DNA of 64,000 nucleotides, taken from Cyanobium sp. NIES-981 (GTDB taxonomy: Bacteria > Cyanobacteriota > Cyanobacteriia > PCC-6307 > Cyanobiaceae). Positions within the stretch are counted from its first letter, which is position 1. Every line of letters begins with the position of its first letter. Positions 19,805 through 28,431 of this stretch are shown piece by piece. The position numbers were made by a program, and so were the translations under genes. Under the pieces are notes generated by a model. It was given only the letters and a program-made list of their open reading frames with translations. It was not told the origin of the DNA and ran no database searches. The stretch is taken from positions 25,000-88,999 of the forward strand of contig CAMDEM010000003.1 in assembly GCA_945896675.1 (NCBI GenBank), given 5' to 3'.

Positions 19805-20584
19805 ATGGATCAGCCTGGATTAGAGCCCCCAAGGCCCCAACGGGTCGTTGTGTTGGTGGAACCAGCCGGCCCCCTCAATGTGGGCAGCGTGGCCAGGCTG
19901 TGCGCCAATTTTCAAATCGATGCGCTGCGCCTGATCAATCCCCGCTGCGACCACCTCGGCGAGGAGGCCCGCTTGATGGCCGTCCATGCCGCGGCCATGC
20001 TGGAGGGCGCCACCGTGTTCGGCAGCCTGGCTGGGGCCCTGGCCGATTGCCGGCGGGTGGTGGCCACCAGTGGTCGCAACGATGGGGAGCCCCTGCCCCT
20101 ACTGCCCCCCCAGGACGCCCTGGCTTGGCTGGTGGAACCCTCAGAGACCAACAACTCCCCCGTGGCGGTGGTCTTTGGCCGGGAGGATCGGGGCCTCTCC
20201 AACGACGAGATGCTGCAGGCCGGGCGGCTACTCAGCCTTGGTACGGGCCCGGCCTACAGCTCCCTCAACCTCTCCCATGCCGTGGCCGTGGTGCTGCATG
20301 AACTGCACCAGCTCCCCCGCGGGCAGGCCCCCCAACCCCTGGGCCCATCCCCCCTGGCCGAACCCTGCCAGCGGCAGGACTTGGAGGCCATGCTCAGCGA
20401 TGCCGAACAGCTGTTGATGGAGGTGGGTTTTCTCTATCCCCACACCAGCCATGCCCGCATGGCCAAGGTGCGCAACCTGCTGCAGAGGGCCCAGATCTCG
20501 AGCGACGAAGTGGCCTTGGTGCGGGGGATGGTGCGCCAGTTGCGCTGGGCCAGTCAAAGCCAGAACCCCAACCAGACCCCTTAG
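19805..20584 (+). CDS. trmJ: TrmJ/LasT-family SPOUT RNA methyltransferase
   Basis: VVLVEPAGPLNVGSVAR, VFGREDRGL, SLNLSHAV. Confidence 0.85.
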   Translation: MDQPGLEPPRPQRVVVLVEPAGPLNVGSVARLCANFQIDALRLINPRCDHLGEEARLMAVHAAAMLEGATVFGSLAGALADCRRVVATSGRNDGEPLPLLPPQDALAWLVEPSETNNSPVAVVFGREDRGLSNDEMLQAGRLLSLGTGPAYSSLNLSHAVAVVLHELHQLPRGQAPQPLGPSPLAEPCQRQDLEAMLSDAEQLLMEVGFLYPHTSHARMAKVRNLLQRAQISSDEVALVRGMVRQLRWASQSQNPNQTP

Positions 20585-20615
20585 CGTCAATTCACTCCCC
20601 AAACCCCATGCCTCC

Positions 20616-21683
20616 GTGACGGCTGGCCGTTCGCCCCGCAGTCCCAAAAACCGCCTTCCGCAGCCGCTCCAGCTGGTCCTACGGCTGGCCGTGATGGGCA
20701 TTGGCCTGGGTGTCATCACGGGCACCGCGTTGAAGCTGCTGGCCCCCCACCTGGCCCAGGGCGCCATCCAAACCCCAAAGGTGGAGGCCGCCAACCCCAG
20801 CGTGCCGATTGGCAGCCAAGGCTTGAGCAGCGGCAGTTTTGAACCCCGCACCGAACTCAAGGCCCTGAGCACCCGCTGGGCGCAGTTAGCCCAGGCCCAA
20901 AGAGGTCTCCAAGCCAGCGGCTTCCTCCTGGTGCTCGATGACGGTCGCTACGCCCAACTGCAGCCGGATCGCCCCCAGCCAGCCGCAAGCTCGATCAAAA
21001 CGCCTGTGTTGCTTGCTGGATTACAAGAGCTCGATGCAGGGACCTTGCGCTGGAACGAGGGCCTGCCCCTCACCAAAGAGGTGGTTGGCGGCGGCGCTGG
21101 ATGGATGGCAAGCCGGCCCATGGGAACCCGATTCCCCTTCTTTGAAGCCGCCACCGAAATGATTCGGGTGAGCGACAACAGCGCCACCAACCTCTTGATC
21201 AAACGCCTGGGCGGTAAAACAGCCATCAACAGCCGCTTTACGGCCCTGGGGCTGCCCGCCACGGTGGTGCGCAACTGGCTGCCCGATCTCCAGGGCACCA
21301 ACACCACAAGCTCCCGGGACCTCGCCAAAGTGATTGCCATGGTGGATACGGGCCAAAAACTCAGCCCTCGGGCCCGGGATTTGTTCCGCGAAATCATGGG
21401 CACCTCCCGAACCAACACCCTGATCCCCCTGGGCCTGTTGCAGGGCTTGGGCCAGGACGCCGCCGATCCGGATGCCGCCTTAAAAAGCTTTGGCATCACT
21501 GTGTACAACAAAACAGGCGATATCGGCATCGCCTACGCCGATGCCGGCCTGATCCAACTTCCCAATGGTCAGCGGGCTGTGGCTGCCTTCATGGTGAAAG
21601 GGCCGTTTAACGATCCCCGCTCCACCGATTTGATTCGCGCCATGGCCGCCGAAGTGGCCAAAACCCTGGTGGGCAAACCATGA
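20616..21683 (+). CDS. class A beta-lactamase-like serine hydrolase (cyanobacterial PBP-A type)
   Basis: SxxK (SSIK), SDN and KTG motifs; N-terminal TM; start uncertain. Confidence 0.85.
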   Translation: MTAGRSPRSPKNRLPQPLQLVLRLAVMGIGLGVITGTALKLLAPHLAQGAIQTPKVEAANPSVPIGSQGLSSGSFEPRTELKALSTRWAQLAQAQRGLQASGFLLVLDDGRYAQLQPDRPQPAASSIKTPVLLAGLQELDAGTLRWNEGLPLTKEVVGGGAGWMASRPMGTRFPFFEAATEMIRVSDNSATNLLIKRLGGKTAINSRFTALGLPATVVRNWLPDLQGTNTTSSRDLAKVIAMVDTGQKLSPRARDLFREIMGTSRTNTLIPLGLLQGLGQDAADPDAALKSFGITVYNKTGDIGIAYADAGLIQLPNGQRAVAAFMVKGPFNDPRSTDLIRAMAAEVAKTLVGKP

Positions 21684-23104
21684 AACCCTTCGCTCTGCTG
21701 GCGTCTGCCGTCCTACCGGCCATCGCCACCACAACTGCAATCGCCTTCGCTCCAGCCCTTGCTGCCCCCCCAGCGGTGCAGCGTCCGCAACCGGTGCTGC
21801 GCCCCCAATCCGTGGCTCCCCTGCCTGGGGGCCTGGATCAGGTGCTGGTGGTCAACGACAACAACCCTGAGTTGATAACCGGAGCGGGAATTCTTCTCTC
21901 CACCTTCCCGGGATCCAGCCGGCCCTACCCAGCGGCCCATTTGGATGTGCCCCTGAATGGCCGCTTCGACCTGTTCAGCCATCACGTGTATGCCGGCAAG
22001 CCCGAAAGCCTCGATTCCACCCTCTGGGTTGCGGTTGTGGCCCAACCCCGCGGCAAGCAGCCGGTGACCCTGCGGCTGCTTGCCGGATCGACCGCCCTCT
22101 CCCAATCCGTGGATGGCATCCAACCCGGCGCCCCGTTCCTGCCCCTGCCCTCGGTGCTGCGCCAAAGCGACCCGCCGATCTATGCGGGCCCCGGCAGCCG
22201 GGTGGCCACCGAACTGCTGCTCAAACAGAAAAGTGCGCTCCTCCCCGAAAGCTGGACCCTGCCGGCCGGTGTGTCCTCCCCGCTCTTGGTGTTGCCCATG
22301 CCCGTTCGGGGTCTTGACCCCCTCCTCAATGGCCGCAATTTGCAGTTGCGGCTTGAGAGCAACGGCCCCGTGAGTGTGGCCACCCTGGCGGCCTTTGGAG
22401 ACAACAGCCAACCACCCGCCCTGGCGGTGTGGCAAAAGCTTCTCGATGGTGACCTGAGCCCCAAGGAGCATGCCCCCACCCCCCGGGGCAGCACGGGGGC
22501 CATGGTGTATTCGCGGGTGAGCGGGGTGCAGGTGGGCAGCACCTGGACAGGCCGCATCACCGATCCCGGCAAAGCCACCTTGAGCACGGGCCAGGCACCG
22601 ATCTCCTGGCCCATCAGCAGCCTCGAGCGGGGCAGCCTCGGCACCGGCCAGGTTCAAACAGCTCCCTTGAAGGCCGCCTATCCAGCCACCGCCTGGGCAG
22701 CCCATGGCAATTACGGCATCGAGTACAACCTGGCCCTGCCGCTGCGCAACAACAGCCAGCAGCCGGTCACCCTGCAACTGGCGTTCGAATCGCCCCTCAA
22801 AAGTGACGCACCAGCAGGTGGCCTGCGCTTCAACGCCACCCCAAGTCGGGCGGTGATGTTCCGCGGAACGGTGGAGGTTTCGGGCTTGGACAACGCTGAA
22901 GGCAAAGCCAGTGGTCGCGAGCGCTTCCACCTGGTGCAACGGGCCGGGCAACCGGGGCCGGTGCTCGGAACCATCAGCCTGGCGGCCGGGGCCCAGCGCC
23001 AGGTACAGGTGCGCCTGATCTATCCGGCTGATGCCACGCCACCGCAGGTGCTCAGCCTGCTGCCTGTGAAACAATCCGAATCTTCCCCAGTAATCCTCCC
23101 GTGA
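21680..23104 (+). CDS. DUF3370 family secreted protein
   Basis: signal peptide, NDNNPELI, LLSTFP, FDLFSHH, AGPGSR, AHGNYG, YPADATPPQVL. Confidence 0.8.
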   Translation: MKPFALLASAVLPAIATTTAIAFAPALAAPPAVQRPQPVLRPQSVAPLPGGLDQVLVVNDNNPELITGAGILLSTFPGSSRPYPAAHLDVPLNGRFDLFSHHVYAGKPESLDSTLWVAVVAQPRGKQPVTLRLLAGSTALSQSVDGIQPGAPFLPLPSVLRQSDPPIYAGPGSRVATELLLKQKSALLPESWTLPAGVSSPLLVLPMPVRGLDPLLNGRNLQLRLESNGPVSVATLAAFGDNSQPPALAVWQKLLDGDLSPKEHAPTPRGSTGAMVYSRVSGVQVGSTWTGRITDPGKATLSTGQAPISWPISSLERGSLGTGQVQTAPLKAAYPATAWAAHGNYGIEYNLALPLRNNSQQPVTLQLAFESPLKSDAPAGGLRFNATPSRAVMFRGTVEVSGLDNAEGKASGRERFHLVQRAGQPGPVLGTISLAAGAQRQVQVRLIYPADATPPQVLSLLPVKQSESSPVILP

Positions 23105-24189
23105 CTCAAGCCCGCAAGCGCCGAGTCTTCCCCTTCACTGCCATCGTGGGGCAGGAGGAGATGAAGCTGGCCCTTCTGCTCAACGTGATCGATCCGCGCA
23201 TTGGCGGCGTGATGATCATGGGAGACCGGGGCACGGGCAAATCCACCACGATTCGAGCCCTCGCCGACCTTCTCCCCGAGATCGATGTGGTGGCCGGCGA
23301 CCCCTACAACAGCTCCCCCTCGGACCCCGACCTCCAGAGCAGCGAAGTGCGCCTCAGGGACGAGCAGGGAGAGGAGCTCGCCACGGAGAAACGCCAGGTC
23401 CCCATGGTGGACCTCCCCCTGGGGGCCACGGAAGATCGCCTCTGCGGCACGATCGACATCGAGAAAGCCCTCAGTGAGGGGATTCGGGCCTTTGAGCCGG
23501 GCCTGTTGGCCAAGGCCAACCGGGGCCTGCTTTACGTGGATGAGGTGAATCTGCTCGACGATCACCTGGTCGACGTGCTGCTGGATTCAGCCGCTTCGGG
23601 CTGGAACACGGTGGAGCGCGAAGGGGTGTCGGTGCGCCACCCAGCGCGGTTTGTGCTGATTGGCTCCGGCAACCCCGAGGAAGGGGAACTGCGCCCCCAG
23701 CTCTTGGATCGCTTTGGCATGAGCGTGGAAGTGCGCACCGTGCGGGATCCCGAGCTGCGGGTCCAGGTGGTGGATCAACGCACCAGCTTTGACAACGATC
23801 CCGACAGCTTCAACAACGCCGTTCAGGCCACCCAGGATGTGCTGCAAGCCAGGGTTGTCGAGGCCCAAAACCGCTTGGGCCAGGTGGTGATTGACGACGA
23901 CCTGCGCATTCGGATCTCCGCGGTGTGTGGCGAGCTGGACGTGGATGGCCTGCGCGGTGACATCGTCACCAACCGGGCGGCCCGGGCCCTGGCCGCCTTT
24001 GAACGGCGCCAGGAGGTCACGGAAGACGACGTGGCCCGGGTGGTGGCCTGCTGCCTGCGTCACCGCCTGCGCAAGGATCCTCTCGAACAGATCGACTCTG
24101 GCGATCGGGTTGTGAAAGTGTTCTGCAAGGTGTTTGACCGTCCCGAAAGCACGGATCGTCGAGAGTTCGAGCTCGCCCTCGCCGCCTAG
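23101..24189 (+). CDS. chlI: magnesium chelatase ATPase subunit I
   Basis: [48 protein letters not shown]. Confidence 0.96.
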   Translation: MTQARKRRVFPFTAIVGQEEMKLALLLNVIDPRIGGVMIMGDRGTGKSTTIRALADLLPEIDVVAGDPYNSSPSDPDLQSSEVRLRDEQGEELATEKRQVPMVDLPLGATEDRLCGTIDIEKALSEGIRAFEPGLLAKANRGLLYVDEVNLLDDHLVDVLLDSAASGWNTVEREGVSVRHPARFVLIGSGNPEEGELRPQLLDRFGMSVEVRTVRDPELRVQVVDQRTSFDNDPDSFNNAVQATQDVLQARVVEAQNRLGQVVIDDDLRIRISAVCGELDVDGLRGDIVTNRAARALAAFERRQEVTEDDVARVVACCLRHRLRKDPLEQIDSGDRVVKVFCKVFDRPESTDRREFELALAA

Positions 24190-24219
24190 GCCTTCTCTCC
24201 TGCTGCGGCTGACTCGCCC

Positions 24220-24696
24220 ATGCGCATCCTCGGCATTGATCCCGGCCTGGCCCGGGTGGGCTACGGCGTCATCGAGGTGGAGGGAAGGGGAGTCAACAGC
24301 AAGCAACAGATGCTGGATTGCGGAATCATCCGCACCGACCCCGGCACCTGCGATGGGGTGCGGATGGTGGAAATTGCCCGCGATCTCAGGGTGCTGATCC
24401 GCCAATGGCAGCCGGATTTGGCCGTGGTGGAAAAGTTTTTCTTCTACCGCTCCAGCACCACGATCTCCGTGGTGCAAGCCCGGGGCGTGGTGATGATGAC
24501 GCTGGCGCGGTTTCGGGTGCCGGTGGCGGAATTCCCGCCGATGCAAATCAAATTGGCCCTCACCGGATCGGGCCATGCCCAAAAAGATGAGGTTCTCGAT
24601 GCGGTGATGCGAGAACTGAACCTCGACCATCCCCCCAGACCCGACGATGCCGCCGACGCCCTAGCTGCAGCTCTCACCGGCTGGTATCAGCGATGA
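24220..24696 (+). CDS. ruvC: Holliday junction resolvase
   Basis: [24 protein letters not shown]. Confidence 0.95.
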   Translation: MRILGIDPGLARVGYGVIEVEGRGVNSKQQMLDCGIIRTDPGTCDGVRMVEIARDLRVLIRQWQPDLAVVEKFFFYRSSTTISVVQARGVVMMTLARFRVPVAEFPPMQIKLALTGSGHAQKDEVLDAVMRELNLDHPPRPDDAADALAAALTGWYQR

Positions 24697-25289
24697 GTCA
24701 CCCTGCAGCAGAGCAAGCCCCCCAGAAAGCAGCCCTAAGGCGCCACTACCGAGCTTTACGCCAAACCCTGCTGCCCCAAGCCGGTCCTGCGATTGCAGAC
24801 CAACTCCAAGCAGCCCTGGGCCTGCTCACCGCTGCTGACAGGCATCTCGGCCTGTATTGGCCCCTGGCAGGCGAAGTGGACCTGCTCCAGCTGCAACGGA
24901 CCGCGACTTCAAAACGGCCCGCAACTTGGCCCTGCCCCTTGGCCCTGCCAGCCATCAGCCAAGGCCAACTCGTCTATCGCGCCTGGGGCCAAGGGGACCA
25001 GCTCGAACCCGATGACTGCGGCATCCCCGCCCCCCTGGGGACGGCCCTGGCCGCCTCAGCATTGAGCTGTTTGCTGGTGCCGGCCCTGGCCTTCGATGGC
25101 GCCGGGGTGCGCTTGGGATACGGCGGTGGCTGGTACGACCGCTTGCGCACTGATGCCGCTTGGACCCGCGTGCCCAGCTTTGCTGTTTTGCCCAAAGGAT
25201 GCTTGGTGGACAACCTGCCGAGGGATCCCTGGGATCGCCCCCTCGATGGCTGGCTCGATGAAACCGGCCTGCATCACTGCCAACCTTGA
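24693..25289 (+). CDS. 5-formyltetrahydrofolate cyclo-ligase
   Basis: [37 protein letters not shown]. Confidence 0.9.
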   Translation: MSHPAAEQAPQKAALRRHYRALRQTLLPQAGPAIADQLQAALGLLTAADRHLGLYWPLAGEVDLLQLQRTATSKRPATWPCPLALPAISQGQLVYRAWGQGDQLEPDDCGIPAPLGTALAASALSCLLVPALAFDGAGVRLGYGGGWYDRLRTDAAWTRVPSFAVLPKGCLVDNLPRDPWDRPLDGWLDETGLHHCQP

Positions 25290-25295
25290 CAAAAC

Positions 25296-25604
25296 GTGGC
25301 TTCCAGGGCGCGCCAACCCGCAGAATTTGCGAAGATCACTGCATTCACACCGTTGGCGTTGGATCTGTTTTCCCGCTATCCCAGCGCAATCCCGGCCCAA
25401 GCCGCCCCGGCAACGGCTGCCCGAGCCATCCCAGCCCCAACTGGGCACACCTTTGGTACTAACGCCTCGGGCCCCGAACGGGTACTTGCCTCGGAACTGG
25501 AAGGTCGCACGGCCGCCAGCGATGCCCTCTCGATGATGGTCAGCTCCATGGTGCGCATGGTTCAGGCCGGTAAAAGCAGCGATAGTCGCTGGGAAGCCTC
25601 CTGA
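25296..25604 (+). CDS. small hypothetical protein
   Basis: fills gap on the operon strand; Ala/Pro-rich N-terminus, C-terminal helix MMVSSMVRMVQAG; start uncertain (TTG at 25359 possible). Confidence 0.5.
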   Translation: MASRARQPAEFAKITAFTPLALDLFSRYPSAIPAQAAPATAARAIPAPTGHTFGTNASGPERVLASELEGRTAASDALSMMVSSMVRMVQAGKSSDSRWEAS

Positions 25605-25642
25605 AGCCACCGTCCCTACCCTCGCCTTCAGCGGCCGACCCC

Positions 25643-26131
25643 ATGCTTAGGCGTCTCATTACGGGTTGTTTGGGAGCTGCGGTCCTATCTGCTGCGGGCT
25701 CAGCCGAGGCCCACGCCATCGAGACCAGCCTGGAAGCCTTCCGCAACAACCACGTGTTGTTGCTGCAAAGCAGTTTTGGTAATGGCGAGCCCGCCCAGGC
25801 TGCCCTGGTCAGCCTGGTGCCCCCCGGGGGCGAACCCATCCCCGTGGGACGCACCAACAGCAAAGGCCAACTCAGCTTTGCCTTGCCAAGGGACGCCCAT
25901 GGCGAGTGGGACGTGAAAGTCGATGGTGGCCCTGGCCACCGGGACTACCTCAGCCTGCCGATCAACAGAGGGCAAGCCGATCTGAACCGGATCAGCGATG
26001 GGCTTCGGCCACCCCCCCCCGATCGGCTCAGTGCATGGCTCATCGCATGGCCCCTTGTTGGGGCTGTCGGGGGCTTGATGGGGGGGTGCACCGCGCTCCT
26101 GCTCGGCAGCCATCGCCGCCGTCTGCCTTGA
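25643..26131 (+). CDS. NikL/CbiL-like exported beta-sandwich protein with C-terminal anchor
   Basis: signal AEA|HAI, SFGNGEPA, GRTNSKGQLSF, VDGGPGHR, C-terminal TM. Confidence 0.6.
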   Translation: MLRRLITGCLGAAVLSAAGSAEAHAIETSLEAFRNNHVLLLQSSFGNGEPAQAALVSLVPPGGEPIPVGRTNSKGQLSFALPRDAHGEWDVKVDGGPGHRDYLSLPINRGQADLNRISDGLRPPPPDRLSAWLIAWPLVGAVGGLMGGCTALLLGSHRRRLP

Positions 26132-26553
26132 TGGTGAACACCGGCAGCCCAGCCCTGGATCGGATCGTGGACCGCCTGGCCACCACCACGGATCCCAAGC
26201 GGCGTTATGAATACGTGCTCTGGCTGGCCAAAAAACTGGAGCCCCTGCCTGAAGAGTTCCGCAACGATGCCTTCAAGGTGAAGGGCTGTGTCTCCCAAGT
26301 TTTTGTGGTTGGTCAACTGCTGGAGGGCAAGCTCCATTGGCAGGGCGACTCCGATGCCGCCATCACCAAAGGGCTCTTGGCCCTGTTGATCGAAGGGCTC
26401 GAGGGCATGACCCCAGACCAGGCCACCAACCTGGACCCCGGCTTCATCGCTGCGACAGGCCTCCAGGCCAGCCTCACCCCATCGCGGGCCAATGGCTTCC
26501 TCAACATCCTCAAGCTGATGCAGAGCCAAGCCCGGGCCCTTGCTGCAGGCTGA
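26131..26553 (+). CDS. sufE: SufE family Fe-S sulfur acceptor
   Basis: RYEYVL, KVKGCVSQV, GDSDA, LTPSRANG; TGATG coupling. Confidence 0.92.
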   Translation: MVNTGSPALDRIVDRLATTTDPKRRYEYVLWLAKKLEPLPEEFRNDAFKVKGCVSQVFVVGQLLEGKLHWQGDSDAAITKGLLALLIEGLEGMTPDQATNLDPGFIAATGLQASLTPSRANGFLNILKLMQSQARALAAG

Positions 26554-26587
26554 TTTCTAGGATCACCCCAACCTGTTGGACCAGCCC

Positions 26588-27892
26588 ATGACCATTGGCA
26601 TCGGTTTGCTCGGCTTGGGCACCGTGGGAGCCGGCGTCGCCGCCATCCTCGCCAGTCCAACCGGACGCCACCCCCTGGTCGGTGAACTTGCCCTGCAACG
26701 GGTTGCCGTAAGGGATCTGAATCGGCCCAGGCCGATCGAACTGGCTGGTGAGCTCTTCACCACGGATCCAGAAGCCGTGGTGGATGACCCCAACGTGGAC
26801 ATCGTGGTGGAGGTGATGGGTGGCCTGGAGCCGGCCCGCAGCCTGATCCTGCGGGCCATCGCCGCTGGCAAACCCGTGGTCACGGCCAACAAGGCGGTCA
26901 TTGCCCGCTATGGCGAAGAGATTGCCGCCGCCGCCGCCCAGAAGGGCGTTTACGTACTGATTGAGGCCGCCGTAGGGGGGGGGATCCCCATCATTGAGCC
27001 CCTCAAGCAATCCCTGGGCGGCAACCGCATCCAAAAGGTGAGCGGGATCATCAACGGCACCACCAATTACATCCTCAGCCGGATGGCCGATGAGGGGGCC
27101 GCCTATGGGGCCGTCCTCGCCGATGCCCAGCAACTGGGCTACGCCGAAGCAGATCCCGCCGCCGACGTGGAGGGGGGCGATGCGGCCGACAAGATCGCCA
27201 TCCTCAGCGCCCTGGCCTACGGGGGCAGCGTGCCGAGGGCCGCCATACCTACCGAAGGCATCAACACCCTTGACGCCCGTGATGTGGCCTATGCCGCCCA
27301 ACTGGGTTACGTGGTGAAGCTGCTGGCCGTAGCCCAATACCTCGGCACGGCCGCCGACGGCACCGCCCAGCTGGATGCGCGTGTTCACCCCACCCTGGTG
27401 CCCAAGGGCCATCCCCTGGCCGGGGTGCATGGGGTCAACAACGCGATCCTGGTGGAAGGGGATCCCGTGGGCCAGGTGATGTTTTACGGCCCGGGAGCCG
27501 GGGCCGGCCCCACGGCCTCGGCGGTGGTGGCCGACATTCTCAACATCGCCGGTATTCGCCAGGCGGCTGGGGCCCATGCCCGCCTTGACCCGCTGTTAGC
27601 GGCCAGCAGCTGGCGCCCTTGCCAGCTGATTGACACGGCCCGCACTTCCCACCGCAACTACGTGCGGCTGAGCACCAGCGATGAAGCCGGCGTGATTGGC
27701 AAGATCGGCACCTGTTTTGGCCAGGCTGGTGTCTCGATCCAATCGATCATGCAGTTCGAAACCCAAAGCACCCAGGCCGAGATCGTGGTGATCACCCATG
27801 ACGTCCTCGAGGCCAACTTCCGCTCTGCCCTGGCTGCGATTGGGGCCCTCAGCGACGTCCATGCCGTGGCGGCCTGCCTGCGCACCCTCTAG
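26588..27892 (+). CDS. hom: homoserine dehydrogenase with ACT domain
   Basis: GLGTVG, VTANK, EAAVGGGIP, NGTTNYIL, GYAEADP, GPGAG..TASAV. Confidence 0.95.
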   Translation: MTIGIGLLGLGTVGAGVAAILASPTGRHPLVGELALQRVAVRDLNRPRPIELAGELFTTDPEAVVDDPNVDIVVEVMGGLEPARSLILRAIAAGKPVVTANKAVIARYGEEIAAAAAQKGVYVLIEAAVGGGIPIIEPLKQSLGGNRIQKVSGIINGTTNYILSRMADEGAAYGAVLADAQQLGYAEADPAADVEGGDAADKIAILSALAYGGSVPRAAIPTEGINTLDARDVAYAAQLGYVVKLLAVAQYLGTAADGTAQLDARVHPTLVPKGHPLAGVHGVNNAILVEGDPVGQVMFYGPGAGAGPTASAVVADILNIAGIRQAAGAHARLDPLLAASSWRPCQLIDTARTSHRNYVRLSTSDEAGVIGKIGTCFGQAGVSIQSIMQFETQSTQAEIVVITHDVLEANFRSALAAIGALSDVHAVAACLRTL

Positions 27893-28074
27893 GCCAAGGG
27901 GCCTAATCGGATCGATCAGGTCTGCAAATCCCAACACCCATAGCCACTAGACCCTCCGGGGGCCAGAGTGGCTCCATCAAGTTGGAAGAGATTCTTAAGG
28001 CTCAAAGTCGGACTTACCCGTCCACCGTCTAGATGGCAAGACCTGTGGGCATACCCGGACCCGGGGGCCCATTG

Positions 28075-28116
28075 GTATCAATGCAAACCCTTCCAGGTTC
28101 CGCCTGTGCCCAGGAT
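28075..28116 (+). promoter_or_regulatory. possible NtcA-activated promoter (GTA-N8-AAC, 22 nt, CAGGAT)
   Basis: GTATCAATGCAAAC at 28075-28088; spacing matches GTAN8TAC-N22-TAN3T, but each element has one mismatch. Confidence 0.35.
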
Positions 28117-28193
28117 TGATGGATCGAGGCCAAATCCTCGCCCTCTCCCAAACCGCCATCCCAAGCCGCCATATCGTTCACCAACCCCGCTGC

Positions 28194-28406
28194 ATGACTT
28201 CGCTTTCCTGTCCGACTCCAACCCCAGAACTCCACCAAGGGGCCTGTGTCACCTTGGCTTCAGGAGATGGGATGTATCAAGTGATTGGCATCGACGACCA
28301 CCACAACCGCTGCTGGCTGCGGCGCTGGCCCCTGGGCCGCCAGGGCTCCGAAGTCTTTGAAATTTCCCTGCACCAGGTTCAGCCCATCGCCACCCATCGC
28401 CCTTGA
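28194..28406 (+). CDS. small hypothetical protein (SH3/KOW-like beta protein)
   Basis: GACVTL, YQVIGIDD, RCWLRRWPL, FEISL; globular composition. Confidence 0.65.
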   Translation: MTSLSCPTPTPELHQGACVTLASGDGMYQVIGIDDHHNRCWLRRWPLGRQGSEVFEISLHQVQPIATHRP

Positions 28407-28431
28407 ATGGGAGGGCCTTGACGCTCTGGCT

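Noticed and set aside
20616-21683. Antibiotic-resistance beta-lactamase
   Set aside because: Membrane-anchored cyanobacterial PBP-A-like protein in core context; no ExxLN omega-loop motif (reads LPDLQG)
21713-23074. Long antisense ORFs (also 23587-24630, 26510-27577, 48236-49306, 61248-62699 and others)
   Set aside because: They are in-register shadows of real genes, expected from stop-poor high-GC codon usage, and have no recognisable motifs
28172-28200. ATCGTTCACC resembling the start of a glutamine/Downstream-peptide riboswitch
   Set aside because: The downstream partner (ACGGAAG/ACGGAAC) and stems are absent
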